A stretch of DNA of 64,000 nucleotides from the human T2T-CHM13v2.0 reference genome, Homo sapiens (GCF_009914755.1 NC_060936.1); one strand, 5' to 3'. Counted from the first letter of the stretch, positions 27,971-42,049 are shown. The notes: a model not told the origin generated them from the sequence alone. Numbers and translations: made by a program.

Positions 27971-28239
27971 AGAATTTTTAAAAATATGTGAAAGTACTGA
28001 ATAAATTATGAAACACTCTAAAATCCACATGAATAAACATTTGCATTTTAGACTAATTTTTTTTTCTTATGGAAAGTTTTTTATGTTTATCATTCTATTT
28101 GCATAAAAGAGCAAGGGGGGTGGGAAAGGAGGGGAGAGAGAGAGAGAGAGAAAGAGAAACAGAGAAAATAATTTCTTTTACTCTATAGGAAAAAAGCCAA
28201 ACTCTTCTTAACTTGACACACAAGTCATTTCACAATATC

Positions 28240-29250
28240 CTGACTTTACTGAATGCCAACCATTGTCAAGCATAAAATATACTAAGAACGAAAATGTATA
28301 TGAATTATTTTCTCCAAGAGCTCATTGTCTATCAGTGAGGATAGAATTAAAGCTAATGATTATGACATGCATGATAAATATAACATTAGAAGCCACAGAA
28401 ATAGCTCCACAGAGGGGTGATTCATTCTACCTGTGGTGTCAGGACAGATTCCTTGAGGTGGTGCCATTTAAGGGGGGTTTTGCAAGAGGACCAGGAGGCA
28501 GACAGGGGAGAGGGTGAGAGAGCATTTCAGGCACATGCAAAGGCAGGGCAGTGTACAACCGCTTGATGTCTGCCAGGAGCAATGGAATTATACATCCTTC
28601 CTGGAGTTTAAAGTGGAAAGGAGGAGTAGAAGGAGATCAGGTGAAAAGGATGGGTAGGGATTAGATTTTGGGGGTCTTGTAGGACATGCTTGGGAGTTTA
28701 GGCTTTATATATAGGGGATAGGAAGCTTGCAAAGGGTTTTTGGTAAAGTGGAGACTTGCTCCTATTGTGTTAGACAGGTCACTTTGGCAGTGGTGTGGAC
28801 GAGGGATGGAATTGGTATGTGCTATAATAGGGGCTTGTTGGCCCAGGTGAGGTTTGATGTGGGCTTATGAGGCAGTAACAGAGGGAATGGACATGAGAAA
28901 ACAAATTTAAGATTTTTTCAGAATAGGCAGAATCTTCAGGACTTGGTGATTGTTGGGATGGGAGGGTGGAGAAGTTGTCGCTGGAGTTTCAGGTACCATC
29001 TGCTGCCCAGTCTCTATATTTACCCTGTGCTCTAACCAGGCCCAACAATTTATGATTCTCTAAGCACCCCTTTTCTCCTCAGGCTTCCAACATTGCAGGT
29101 ACTGCTTTATTTATCCCTCTTCCCCTGGTAAATTCCCAACCGTCCTTCAAGTTGCTCATCAAAGGTCACCTCCTCTTTGAATTCTTCACTGCTGCATGCT
29201 GTGTCTACTCTTAATTCGTATTGATCACACATTATTATAATGATGTATGT
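28240..29250. mobile_element. L2 fragments (antisense then sense)
   Basis: GAGCATTTCAGGCA..TGCAAAGGC, CAGGACTTGGTGATTG, AGGTCACCTCCTCT motifs. Confidence 0.6.
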
Positions 29251-29469
29251 AGCAAGGTCTCCAGCTTGAGATTCAGCTCTTTATACTCTGGGAGTCAGCT
29301 ATGTCTGATAATCTTATGGGGCAGGCAAATCTTCCAGAAATAAGGGGCTGAGGATCATCCTGGGAGAAAACTCAACTTGAGGGAAGATAAGCCAAGAATA
29401 ACAAGTATGTTCTATAAGAAAGCCTTAGTTGTTACCAAACAGGGCAATTTGAGGACCACCTTATGTAGT

Positions 29470-29967
29470 GTGCCATTATTAAGCTCTTAGCCCTCAACTC
29501 CAGATTGACGCCTTTTGTACCTTTCTTTGTGATTCTGGGGCTAGGATTCTGCTCTGCTAATAGGAAGTACTAGAGGGAGACAGAGGGCAACAAGAGAGAG
29601 AAGAAACTCGCTCCATTCTAGTTGCTCTCTGTTCTGTGCCTAAATAATAGTGCTTCACCCAGGTATGCAGTTGGTTACCAGTTCTCCTCAGGTACCAATG
29701 GCAGCTTGGTGGTACTTCAAAGGTCCAATCTCAGCTTTGCAGGTCTCCACTCCAGGCACCTGTGTTGGAAAAATACCAGCCTTTCTTCTTTGTTCCCCCG
29801 CCCTAGGGACAATGGCTTCTTTCTGCAGTTACTTTCTTTGAATTATCTTGGTGCCCCCTTTTGCTTTTTTGTCCTCCAATATCTGCTTAATCAATTCCCT
29901 ATATTAAATTCTTTCTGTTAAAATAACTAATGTGGCTTCTGTTTTCCGACTAGACCCTGACTGCTAC
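29470..29967 (+). mobile_element. LTR33-like ERVL LTR
   Basis: 3' end CAATTCCCTATATTAAATTCTTTCTGTTAAAATAACT...CTAGACCCTGACTGCTACA. Confidence 0.6.
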
Positions 29968-30877
29968 ACTTCCACTCAGATCCATGGACCTATAGCTGAA
30001 TCCCATGGGAAATAAGTTAAAGAGTGAAAGGTTTTTGGTTTTCTTTTTCCAAAAGAGTACTGTTTTCATTTCTCCTAGAAAGCATGGCAAAAAATTAAGA
30101 GTCTTTCTATTTGACCACAGAATTTTCCCAAGATTCTCTTGCATAAAGATTTTCCTGCGGGACTTAGCAGAATCATTAAGAGTTAACACAGGGCATAGTG
30201 CAGTGGTAACCAGTTGAGAAGATCAGAGCTGGAATAGAGGAACATTTGGCTGATGGCCAGAACAGGTAAAGTAAATAAATAAAGTAGGTTAAGTCAGTGA
30301 AACAAGAGACAGAGGTAGGTTGTTGATAAACTGGATACAATGTACCTTGTCTACAAAGGACAATGACCACTCAGTTCCAATCTATTACTGCCAGGTAGGA
30401 ATGTGGGGCCAGTATCTTCTACATTTTTAAGAAATCTCAAAATCTAAATTTTTAGGTGAAATTAGCTAGCAATGAAGTCTAATTAAAAAATATATAACTG
30501 GGCAGATTAAAACCAGGCAAGTCAAACAATATTTTTTATCATTACAGACCATTGGCCACTATTTCTCAAATTTGCAGGAGCTAGTAAGACTTATTTATGA
30601 AACTTGTAGGAGCCTTAAGAATACTTGATGATCTCGGGAAATATCTTTGCAAGGCACTTTGTTCCTGTCATTGTAGATGTGGGTAATAGCTAGTGACACA
30701 CAGTTTATATTTATTTACATGTCTTCTTCCTTTTTAGATTGTGAGCTCTCTAGAGGCAAGGATTTTATCTTATTTTTATATCTCTAGCTCCTGACATAAT
30801 GCCTGGCATATAGTAGGTGCTCAACAAGTTTTAACGAATGGCTGATTGGATGAGTAAGTTAGTCACTAAGAAAGATA

Positions 30878-31763
30878 TATCCAGAATCCACAAAGAACTT
30901 AAATTTACAAGAAAAAAACAAACAACCTCATCAAAAAGTGAGCAAAGGATATGAACAGACATTTCTCAAAAGAAGACATTTATGCAGCCAACAGACACAT
31001 GACAAAATGCTCATCATCACTGGCCATCAGAGAAATGCAAATCAAAACCACAATGAGATACATCTCACACCAGTTAGAATGGCGATCATTAAAAAGTCAG
31101 GAAACAACAGATGCTTGAGAGGATGTGGAGAAATAGGAAAGCTTTTACACTGTTGGTGGGAGTGTAAATTAGTTCAACCATTGTGGAAGACAGTGTGGCG
31201 ATTCCTCAAGGATCTAGAACTAGAAATACCATTTGACCCAGTAATCCCATTACTGGGTATATACCCAAAGGATTATAAATCATGCTGCTATAAAGACACA
31301 CACACACACGTATGTTTATTGCAGCACTATTCACAATAGCAAAAACTTGGAACCAACCCAAATGTCCATCAATGATAGACTGGATTAAGAAATTGTGGCA
31401 CAGATATACCATGGAATACTATGCAGCCATAAAGAAGGATGAGTTCATGTCCTTCGCAGGGACATGAATGAAGCTGGAAACCATCATTCTGAGCAAACTA
31501 TCACAAGGACAGAAAACCAAACATCGCATGTTCTCACTCATAGGTGGAAATTGAACAATGAGAACACTTGGACACAGGAAGGGGAACATCACACACCGGG
31601 GCCTGTCATTGGGTGGGGGTCTAGGGGAGGGATAGTATTAGGAGAAATACCTAATGTAAATGACGAGTTAATGGGTGCAGCAAACCAACATGGCACGTGT
31701 ATACCTATGTAACAAACCTGCACGTTGTGCACATGTACCCTAGAACTTAATAATAATAAAAAG
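30878..31763 (+). mobile_element. 5'-truncated L1PA (L1PA5/6-like): ORF2 C-terminus and 3' UTR
   Basis: ORF 30938-31339 contains [57 protein letters not shown] (L1 ORF2p); G-rich 3' UTR; TSD gaaagata. Confidence 0.95.
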
Positions 31764-31903
31764 GAAAGATAGTATGTTGTATAAAACACGGCTTGGAAAT
31801 TAGACCTGTGTTCTAAGTCCTGTCTTTGCCATTAGCTGTGTGACTGTGAGAAATCAGTGAACTTACCTGAAATTAATTTTCTAATCAGTAAAATGGAGAT
31901 ATT

Positions 31904-32200
31904 GGCTGGGTGCGGTGGCTCACACCTGTAACCCCAGCACTTTGGGAGGCCGAGGTGGGTGGATCACGAGGTCAGGAGTTCAAGACCAGCCTGGCCAACA
32001 TGGTGAAAACCCATCTCTACTAAAAATACAAAAATTAGCTGGGCATGGTGGTGCATGCCTGTAATCCCAGCTACTTATAGGAGGCTGAGGCAGGAGAATT
32101 GCTTGAACTGGGACCCAGGGGGCGGAGGTTGCAGTGAGCTGAGATTGCGCCACTGCACTCCAGCCTGGGCTACAGAGCGAGACTCCATCTCAAAGAAAAA
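31904..32200 (+). mobile_element. AluSg-lineage element with a short right-arm insertion, inside a MIR
   Basis: GATCACGAGGTCAGGAGTTC; CTTGAACTGGGACCCAGGGGG; TSD aaaatggagatatt. Confidence 0.9.
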
Positions 32201-33281
32201 AAAATGGAGATATTAATAACTACCTTCTAAGGTTTTCTGTTATTATTTATTAAGAATCTTCATTCTAAGATTTTAAATTTTATTCTCAATTTATTAAGAT
32301 AATAAATGTGAAAGTGACTTTTGCAGGGGGATTAGCTAAGAATGGGAGTTGGGGAGGGGTTTATATTTTTTGTCCTTCTTCAGTAGTTTGTTCTATATCT
32401 GTAGGGGAACTGGTACCAAACCTCAATCTGAAGTATTTCAGTTGAGGGATATTTCACCTGTACATGCTGACAGTCGATAGGCATGTACTGAAGAGAATTC
32501 TATTATTTTATTAACAGTGAATGCATTTTCCTCAGAACGACTCTGATGTGCTGAACATTCACCCATCATTCAATGAGGAAAACCTTAAACATTATCCACA
32601 TTTGAGTGGCTCAGATCTTTTCTAGTATTTTTTTACAAGATTTATTTTTGATTAATTTTCCTTTTCTGAAATACCTAAGGTTATGATTTGAACAAATAGA
32701 ATTGCCTTAGAAATATACTATTTGGATTTCTTCCCAGAAGTCACTTACTTTCCCTATTTTCAAATTATTTGAAGCAATGAAGCTAGTGCTTTCATGTAGT
32801 GCCAGTATTTAATGCACTTGAGGTGTTTATGTGATGAGATGGGCTCTGGATACCACCAGACAGAAAGTGCCTCTTCCCTATTAACTTCTTGTTGCCTCCA
32901 TCCAAGACCTCCATAGCGCCTCTATTAAATATTATGTCCCTAAGGTCGGTCTCTTTCTCTTTCTCTCTCTCTCATTTTTCCCTTGTGCCTCTCCTTGTCT
33001 GTCACCCTTCAGCCAAATGTGAGTGTGGTCAGTCGACAAGAGAGCAAAGGCTACTTTACTTCATTGTGTGCAGATCCTGGGAAGACAAACTTCATAGTTA
33101 GACTGATTATAGGTGCACCTGTCTGTTATTCAATTAATTCACTTTGACCTGACTTTGTATACATGTTAAGCTTTTTAAAAGATACCCTATTTTTTACTTC
33201 CAAGTCTTTTACTTTGCTTCTCTGCCACCCTCTACTTCTATCCTTAAATCCAAACTAGGATTTAAGAACTCTCATTTTCTT

Positions 33282-33513
33282 TTTTTAAAATTTTATTTTA
33301 TGTTATTTTAAGTTCTGGGATGCATGTGCAGGACGTGCATGTTTGTTACATAGGTAAACGTGTGCCATGGTGGTTTGCTGCACTTATCAACTCATCACCT
33401 GGGTATTAATCCCCACATGCATTAGCTGTTTGTCCTGATGCTCTCCCTCCCTGCCACCCCCCGACACACCCCAGTGTGTGTTGTTCCCCTCCCTGTGTCC
33501 ACGTGTTCTCACT
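33282..33513 (-). mobile_element. Short L1PA (PA8-PA11-like) 3' end
   Basis: Antisense L1 3' UTR; exact 17-bp TSD agaactctcattttctt. Confidence 0.92.
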
Positions 33514-34186
33514 AGAACTCTCATTTTCTTAACTTTCCTAGACACTAAGAAAGCAGACCTTTAGTTTCCTAGGCACCATCATTCTATGGGATTTTCAGCT
33601 GGGATGTGCAATTCTTGTAACCACTTGACACATAGTTGGTCTTCGTTCTTCAATTCTCTTGAACTAGAAATTTTTCCTAGTGAACTCTGCTTCTTGTGAC
33701 TCAATATTTTATCCTTTAATCTCAGCAGAGAAAATTAATTTATGGGTCTGGAGAACTTCTCTCCTGGTATGCATTCTTTTCCTAGATGGTCTTGTCTGGC
33801 CAATTAATGCCATAAGTTTATTGATTTCAGCCCAGTAACCATTTATTGTATATTGGTGTAGCCAGGCTCTGTGCTAGGCACTGGGGCTACAGAGTTTATT
33901 CAAAGCTAGATTTTGTCATCAAACAGTTCACAGACTCAATGGGGAGACAACCAGGAACATGAATGTGAACAATCCACTGAAGTAGATGCTGCAGAAGAGA
34001 TAATTCTCCCTGTTTGGAATAGAAGAAATGGAAGTTAGGAACTTTTCAAAAAAAAAAAAAAAAAAAAAAAGATAGTTTAGTTTTGAAGGGTAGTATTACA
34101 TAGTAGAAGGAAGAGAAGGAAGACAGGAAGGAAAGAAGGAAGAATAGTTTTTGAAGGATTTTTAGCAGGAGAATGATATATTTTGA

Positions 34187-34347
34187 TTAGCCAGGTGTGG
34201 TGATGCACGACTATAGTCCCAGCTACTCCAGAGGCTGAGATGGGAAAAACTGCTTGAACCCAGGGGATTGAGGCTGCAGTGAGCCATGATTGCACCACTG
34301 CACTCCAGCCTGGGTGACAGAGCAAGACCATGTCTCAGAAAAAAAAA
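34187..34347 (+). mobile_element. AluJ right monomer / FRAM
   Basis: TTAGCCAGGTGTGGTG...GAGGCTGCAGTGAGCCATGAT...GTCTCAGAAAAA. Confidence 0.85.
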
Positions 34348-34411
34348 TTAGGAATAAAAAGGGGCAGAGAGATCAAATCAATATGTGCAATTCAATATTC
34401 TAAATCATTTC

Positions 34412-34796
34412 TGAAAGATTCTCCCTCGGGCCTGAAAGCTTAAGGGAATGAGTAACTCCTCCCTTCTCAGGCCCAGTCCCAAGGCAAAAGACCACTTGCA
34501 CCAGCAGAGTGCGTCAGCAAGATAGCAGAAGCAGGAAGAGAGCTGGCCGGAAGAAACGTACCCCCTGAAGACTAAGAGGCCATCCAGGTACCACGTAGCA
34601 GTTACATCAGACTGAGACACTTCCTGTTTACAGAAGACTCTAAAACCCCTGCCCCGTCCTCATTTGCTACTGACGCCATTTTAGGCCTCAGCCCGCCTGC
34701 ACCCAGGTGCTCACTAAAAATAGCGTGTTGCTCCACACGGCCTTGAGTTGTTCGTTGGTGCACTCTCAGGGTTCGAACCGATACAAGAGCCTTGCA
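34412..34796 (+). mobile_element. MER48 ERV1 solo LTR
   Basis: TGAAAGATTCTCCC..GGCCTGAAAGCTTAAGGGAATGA...CGAACCGATACAAGAGCCTTGCA. Confidence 0.85.
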
Positions 34797-35285
34797 ATCT
34801 TTATAATCAGTTTTCTGATTATTGATGAGTCAGCAAGGGTAACACAGTTATAGATGACCAGGGTACTGAAGTATATTCTAGGGTGGACTTCAGGTTTAGG
34901 AGCCTGGAGCCTAATGGTAATGCTTCACATCTCCAGGCAGCATTTTTCTGCTTTAGTCAAGTTCACTTTTAATATTTTGACATAGCCAGGGAATATGCAT
35001 TCTCCAACTTGCTGGAGGAGTAAAGAGAGTAGGAAGAAGGAGAGTACCCTTCCAAATTCTGATAGCATCAAGCTGATTCTCAAATTTATATAGAAATGCA
35101 GAGGGTCTAGAAAAGCCAATACAATTTGGAATAATAAAAAGCAAAGTAGACGACTTATATGATCTGAATTTAAGAATATAAAGCTACAGGAAGCAGGATA
35201 GTGATTATTGTCATAAAAATAAAAATGTAGACCAATGGAATAGTAGCACAGAAAAAGAGCCACACATTATAGCTCATTCATTTTT

Positions 35286-35620
35286 TAAAAAAATTTTATT
35301 TTAAGTTCTGGGATACAAGTTTACATAGGTAAACTTGTACCATGGTGGCTTGCTGCACCTATCAACCCACCACCTAGGTTTTAAGCCCAGCATACATTAG
35401 CTATTTATCCTGATGCTCTCCCTCCCCCAACAAGCCCCAGTGTGTGTTGTTCCCCTCCCTGTGTCCATGTGTTCTTATTGTTAAGCTCCCACTTGTAAGA
35501 GAGAACATGAGGTGTTTGGTTTTCTGTTCCTGTGTTAGTTTGCTGAGGATAATGGCTTCCAGCTCCACCCATGTCCCTGCAAAGGACATGATCTCATTTC
35601 TTTTTATGGCTGCATAGTAT
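35286..35620 (-). mobile_element. L1PA (PA8-PA11-like) 3' end
   Basis: Antisense L1 3' UTR; TSD ctcattca(t/c)tttt. Confidence 0.9.
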
Positions 35621-35891
35621 CTCATTCACTTTTGACAAGGGTGTCAAGGCAATTCAATGGGGCAGAGGGTAATCTTTTAATGGTGCTGAAGCAGCTGGTT
35701 ATTCATATGGAATAAAATACATTTCAGCCCTTCTATCATACCACACATTAGCTTGAAATTATCTTGAAATAGATCATAGACTTAAATTTACAAGATAAAT
35801 ATAAAAAACTTTCAGAAGAAAACATAGGAGAAAATCTTAAGATGTTGAGGTAAGGAAAGACTTATTAAATAGGACACATGAAGTACCAACC

Positions 35892-36312
35892 TGTGATAGT
35901 TAATTTTATGTGACCTCTTGGCTGGGCCACAGTGCTGATATTTGGTCAAAGATTATTCTGGGTGTTTCTGTGAAGGTGTTTTTTGGAGAAGATTAACATT
36001 TAAATTAATGAAATTTGAATTACCCTCCATAATGTGAGTGGGCCCAATTCAATTAGTTAAAGGACTGAGTAGAACAAAAGACTGACCTTTCCTGAGCAAG
36101 AGAGAATTCTGCTGCCAGGGGTGCACTTGAATTGCAACTCTACCTTGAGTCTCCAGCCTGCCAGCCCACCCATGATATTTGAGACTCATCAAGCCTCCGC
36201 AGTGATGTGAACCAATTCTTTAAAATTCCTCTCTCTTTTTCTCTATCTCTCCATTCCCACCCCGCAAAACACACATCCAGTTGGTTCTATTTCTTTGGAG
36301 AACCCTAATAGA
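35892..36312 (+). mobile_element. MLT2 (ERVL) solo LTR
   Basis: TGTGATAGTTAATTTTATGTG...GGTTCTATTTCTTTGGAGAACCCTAATA. Confidence 0.8.
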
Positions 36313-36356
36313 AATCCATGAAAGAAAAATGTATACATTAAACTTCATCAAAATTA

Positions 36357-36767
<411 letters not shown>

Positions 36768-36879
36768 GCTTGTATTCAGAATATATAAAGAATCTTACAG
36801 CTCCATAAGAAGAAGGCAACTGAACAGGCACTTTGCAAAAGAAGATATATGAATGACCAATAAGTGCATAAAAAGTTGA

Positions 36880-37669
36880 TTTGTACAGAAAGTGGGCATT
36901 TTAAAGGAAAGCGAAGGAGTAGGGAGTGGGGAATGGTGGGGGCTTGAGCAGAGTCAGGGAAGTGGAAATTTACAAAAAGCAAGAGGAGAGTAGGGTAATT
37001 AACATGACCAGGCCATCTTAGTTTGTTAACTGGTTCTTGTTCAGAGGAGAAACAAAGTTCTCCTATCTTTGTGACAGTAGGTAGTGGTGTAAATTAGAAC
37101 AGGGTGCCCACCTAAGTTAGACCCTTATCTTCCCACAGGAATTGGAAGCAAAACCAAGAGTTTCAAACAGATGGCTCTCAGCTCCCTGAGAAAAACTGTT
37201 TTAGGTGGTAGATTTATATCTCAAAATTCAGAGAAAAGATTTAAAATTGCAAACTTTCTAAAGTAACTGCTATACAACATAGATATGTATTGAAACTTCA
37301 AATTGTACTCCATAAATACGTACAATTTAAATGTGTCAATTTGAAAAATTAAAAAAAAAAATAAAGTTACTGCTCCAAGGGACCTGTCTACCTATTGCCA
37401 GGTTTTGGCTAAAACAAATACTAAATTCTCCTGGCAGCATTGAGCTTTCTCAGGCAGGCACTTCAAGGGAGGCTGAGGTCATTCTAGGGATGCAAACTTT
37501 AGCTGCTAGAAACGATGCTAGTGTTTGTTCAAGTCTCTTAGTGTGAGGGACTGGACAAAGTCATTCATGCTGAGAGTCTGCAGTTTTTATAGGTCAAGCT
37601 TCAGGCCTTGTCAAGAAGAGGACTCAGAAGAGCTCAACTAGAGGTTAGTCAAGAGGAGAGTCTTTGTCA
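36880..37669 (-). mobile_element. MER67/MER31-family ERV1 LTR with a small L1 tail inserted at ~37272-37361
   Basis: Reverse strand starts TGACAAAGACTCTCC...GACTTGAACAAACACTAGC; L1 insert TSD taaagt(a/t)actgct. Confidence 0.7.
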
Positions 37670-38403
37670 CTAATCATCGGGAAAATGCAAATTAGCACTA
37701 AGATGTCATTACACATGGAGAGGTGCTAAAAATATGACAGTGACAAGTGTTAACATTTGAGGATTGCTGTAGGGAATGTAGTGGTACAAATACTTGGGAA
37801 AACAGTTTGGCAGTTTCTGCATAATTAAGCAATAGTTACCATACTACTAAGAAATTTTGCTTCTGCATATTTATTTAAGAAAACTGTCCATCAAAAAGTG
37901 AATGCATAAATGGACTTGGTATATCCATACAATGGAATGCTACTCAGCAATAAAAAAAAAGAAACTACAAATAAATGCCACAAATAGATGAATATGAAAA
38001 TCATGCGGAGTAAAAGAAGCCAGACAAAAAGTGCACAGACTACAACTTCATTTATATAAAATTCTATAAATTCAAACTAACCTATGATGGCAGAAAGCAG
38101 GTCAGTAGTTGTCTGGGGACAAAGGTGGAGGGAAAGATGAATTTCAAAGAGCATGAAAAAACTTTCAGAGGTGATAGAAATGTTTCTACCTTGATTGAGA
38201 TAATAACTTCCTGGGAAAACTCATCCAATCTTTTACTTTATGTGCAATTTATTGCATGTAAGTATACTCCAATAAAGTATTAAAAATAAAATTTCAAATA
38301 TCCATTCATACAAGCATTTATTTAACACCTTAATTTAAATTGAAGAAACAGGAAAGCTATTTTGAAATTTACCTTGGTTTTGCTTTTAATTGTGGTATCT
38401 AGA

Positions 38404-38592
38404 TCAGGGGTTGTAAACTTTTTCTGTAAAAAGCCAGGTAGTACGTATTTTTGGCAAGTCACGTACAGTTTCTATAGCATATTTCTCTGTCTTTTTTTTT
38501 AATGACACAAAAAATGTGAAGATCATTTATAGCTTGTGGGCCATACAAAACAGGCTGCAGGCCAGATTTATTTAGGCCCAAGTGGGCCAACT
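38404..38592. mobile_element. MER58-type hAT MITE
   Basis: CAGGGGTTGTAAACTTTTTCTGTAAAAGCCAG...GGCCATACAAAACAGGCTGCAGGCCAGATTT. Confidence 0.75.
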
Positions 38593-39119
38593 TGACCTTC
38601 ATTTTTTAATAATCCATTTTATTTTATTATTGATTTTTCAAACTAGACTCACTTTCATGATCTTGTTTGATGAATGATAATACATTTGGAAGGCTGGGTG
38701 AGCAGATGGTTGTTCATCTTAGCACAAGCCAGAAACTGACTACCAGGGAGCTTAAGTGGATTGCTACACAGTCAATTAGTGCCACAAAACTTTATCTGTA
38801 ATATTCCATGTTTAGGAGGATCTAACAATTTGGGAAGGGAATTAAGAAAATATAAACAGAACCTGGCCTTGTTGTGCTTGAAATCGAATTGTCACCTCAG
38901 AACCTTATCATTCATATCATGAAATAATCTAAGCTTCCCTTCTTCTCTAGGAAATGCATTTTACTCATTAAAAGAATTTGTAGAGAAGCAAAATTTATAG
39001 CTGTTTCTTATATTACATCTTGATGGTATTTGAACTGCAGGAAACCTGCTTATAGCATTCCTTTGCAATAGCTATGTCACCAGAACAGTTTTTTCAATAT
39101 GAAATTCCGTAGTACATGA

Positions 39120-41143
39120 ATGGCATGTTCGGGGTTAACATTTATTTTTTTTTCAGTAAAAGAACACAATCATACAAAATAACTTCCCTTACAAAAATGC
39201 AGACACCATCTTTAATTCTTTAGATGATGGATCCCCTTCATTTTGGTGATAACTTTACAGGTGTGTGTATGTGTTCAGACTAAACAAATTGTATACATGA
39301 AGTAAGTGGTTTTTGGATCTCCATTATAGCTAAATAAAATTGTTTTTTAAAAAAGAAATAGAACTTTCCAAAATCAATTGCAAAGAGGGAGGTATACATT
39401 TACATAGTAGAGTTTTACTTAGTATAAAATATGAGGAAAACAAACTTAACTAAATATTTCCATTTAATAATTCATAAAATAATAAAAATAGTAATATAAA
39501 GTATTTAAAAATCTGTATATATAAACATACATTTATATTTTATATATCACATATATCTCAAATGTTTCTATATTACATATGTCCCAAGGTAAAGAAACAT
39601 GTATCGAACCTTTTTTTCACCCAGAGAATTAAGAAAACAAAACAAAACCTCCTGAAAAAACCCCAATTCTTTACAATTAGTAAACAATGGAATCAAATCT
39701 CATCTTCTTAATTAGAAAATTGGAAAAAATAGAAATGTTTGGGTAAAAGCATTTTTCATCCTGTAAAATTTTATTTATGAATAATTAAGAAAATGTTTAG
39801 AAAGTTACATGAGAAACTACATACTCTAAATAAAATGAATTATTAGATGTCCTCACATGAAAACTCAGTGTAATTTTCTAATGATTTCTTGTTGACTATG
39901 TTGCTTAGATTAAAATATGAAAATCAAAATCACATTTTGGAAGAATGATGAGTTACATTATTATTATTAGTTTTTGCTACTTTCTTGGTGCGATTTACTT
40001 GGGCATGTACATAAACCAGGGATAATTTATCTGGTTTACACAGAATAGTGATTTCCCATATGATTTTACCCAGTTTCTGCAGGAACTCATTTTGAGCTAA
40101 CTGCAGTGGTTAATAAATCATTAGAGAGAATTCACTTTGGGATAGGAGGAATTAATACTCAAGATTTCCAGACTCATTCCCTCAAAGGCCTCTCTATTAA
40201 TCAAATGACTAACATTTCTAAAGGCAGCAATAGACACCATATGTACTTTTGCAGGATATAGAAATTGTATTAAGCATTGTGCTTGGAAGCATAATGATGT
40301 CTTTTCAAATGAGTTTGCACTTCTTTCTGACTCACAGGGTAATTTGATGTAGAGATTGAGTTAAACAGTTGTGGACTTCTTTAAGGCCATTTAATTCTGA
40401 AGAATGCAAAATAAAGATGACAAACACTGGAAAAATGTGAAAAAAGTTTCTAAATGTCAGTGTTATTGGGAACAGACAGAAGGGAAAACGTATTGCAGGA
40501 TCTTTATTCAGGGAATGCATTGAAGAATCTTGTATTCTTATAATCCTTCCTTTCAAAGCATACATTTTAGAGTTTCCTGGGGGAATCAGCCCTCCAAAAT
40601 GCATTAATGATCCATCTTACACTATGGAAAATTGGTGTAGAGCAGGCCAGGTGCTCCTTTCTTGATAAGGGTTGATTTGAACTTCTCTCAGAATTTGGTT
40701 AGTCCTAGGAAAATTTGTAACAAAGACATTCTTGTGATAATTCTGATATCTCTTGTGTGTTGGGCCATACACTATAGATCTGCCAGCAGAATCATAGTCA
40801 TAAATGTACAAACTGCATTGTATAAATGTTCACATGTACAAATGTGTAATTCTAGCATCTGGAAAACCACTGCAGATGCCAGCTGCCACCCTCAGTGCTC
40901 TGGACACTCTGAGACCCAGCTCTGGTTGTTTTTGCCTCACTTTTGCTCCACATGGGAGCTCCAGCTTCTGGTGCCAGCAAGCTAAGTTTCCAGCCTTGCA
41001 GTATGGCATGTTAGGTGGATGGTCTGTGCTGGTGAATTTGCTTCTTGAGGCAGAAGCTACCAAGGCTGCAGGGACAGTCATTAGCACATAAGGAGGCTGT
41101 CCCTTCCTGCCAGCTGGTCTTATGTCACTGTGGCTTGGTGCCT
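39120..41143 (-). other. Candidate terminal exon of an unidentified minus-strand transcript
   Basis: Acceptor CTAATAAACTTCTTTTCCAG|AGG at 41144/41143, then a GC-richer segment and a mostly unique U-rich tract; AATAAA at 39146-39141. Confidence 0.3.
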
Positions 41144-42049
41144 CTGGAAAAGAAGTTTATTAGGCAGCCAATGTTACTAGTAATTTTTCAAGATATTCAG
41201 ATAGCAAGATATCTTAACAGAGTACACACATACTTCTACATACCTCACATTCACACAAACACACTCATACACACACACAGACACACACACAAATTAGAGA
41301 CAGATAAATCTTTCCTGTCAATCATAATGACAGAAACTTTATAGATGCTAAACAAATACTAGGTTATAAAGGCAGAGTTGATTATTCACCATAGTTTTAA
41401 TTAGGCAGGAGAAGAGAGCTGTTGAGTCAAGTTTTAATGCAAGCATTATGTCTACAAGTATAAAAAACAAAAACAACAAATACAGAACCTTGAACAAAAT
41501 ACCCTCAAGCTTGATTTCCAACTGAATAAATTGATAGCTAATTTTGGCAGATGCACTAGTAATCCACGATTCTAAGTCAGCATACAAATTTCTGTATCCC
41601 AATTTTTCTCATGCAGGCAAGAATCCTGCAGACAAATGACCCAAAGAGCCTTCAATGGGAAGCTTATAACCTTGCCATTCAGGATCATCAAACTGGTCAG
41701 AAGAGCGAACAGCACTAACATATTTGTCCTTTTGACTCAAATATCTTATTTCTTTATTTGCAACTTAAAATATTGCCATTGTATTTCACATTCATCCATA
41801 CAAATGTCAAGTCTTCTGAATTTTTCTAAAAAAAAATAATGCTCCAGGAGAAAGAATAATGATACAAAACAAATTCTAAGATAGACTTGATAAATACTGG
41901 AACAAATTTCCCTCCAGGGCATACATACTTCCCAATGCTTGACTAGTGGCTTTTTAAAAAAATTTTTTAAATAATGCAAAAAACAGCATAGCCATTGACA
42001 ATAATGACAAAGGTCTCTAAAGGCCATGATGGGGTCAACATACTCTGGG

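Noticed and set aside
30938-31339. 133-aa ORF
   Set aside because: Frameshifted L1 ORF2 C-terminal remnant in a 5'-truncated copy.
34048-34070. Isolated A23 run as a possible retrocopy tail
   Set aside because: No TSD and no upstream mRNA-like or SINE body.
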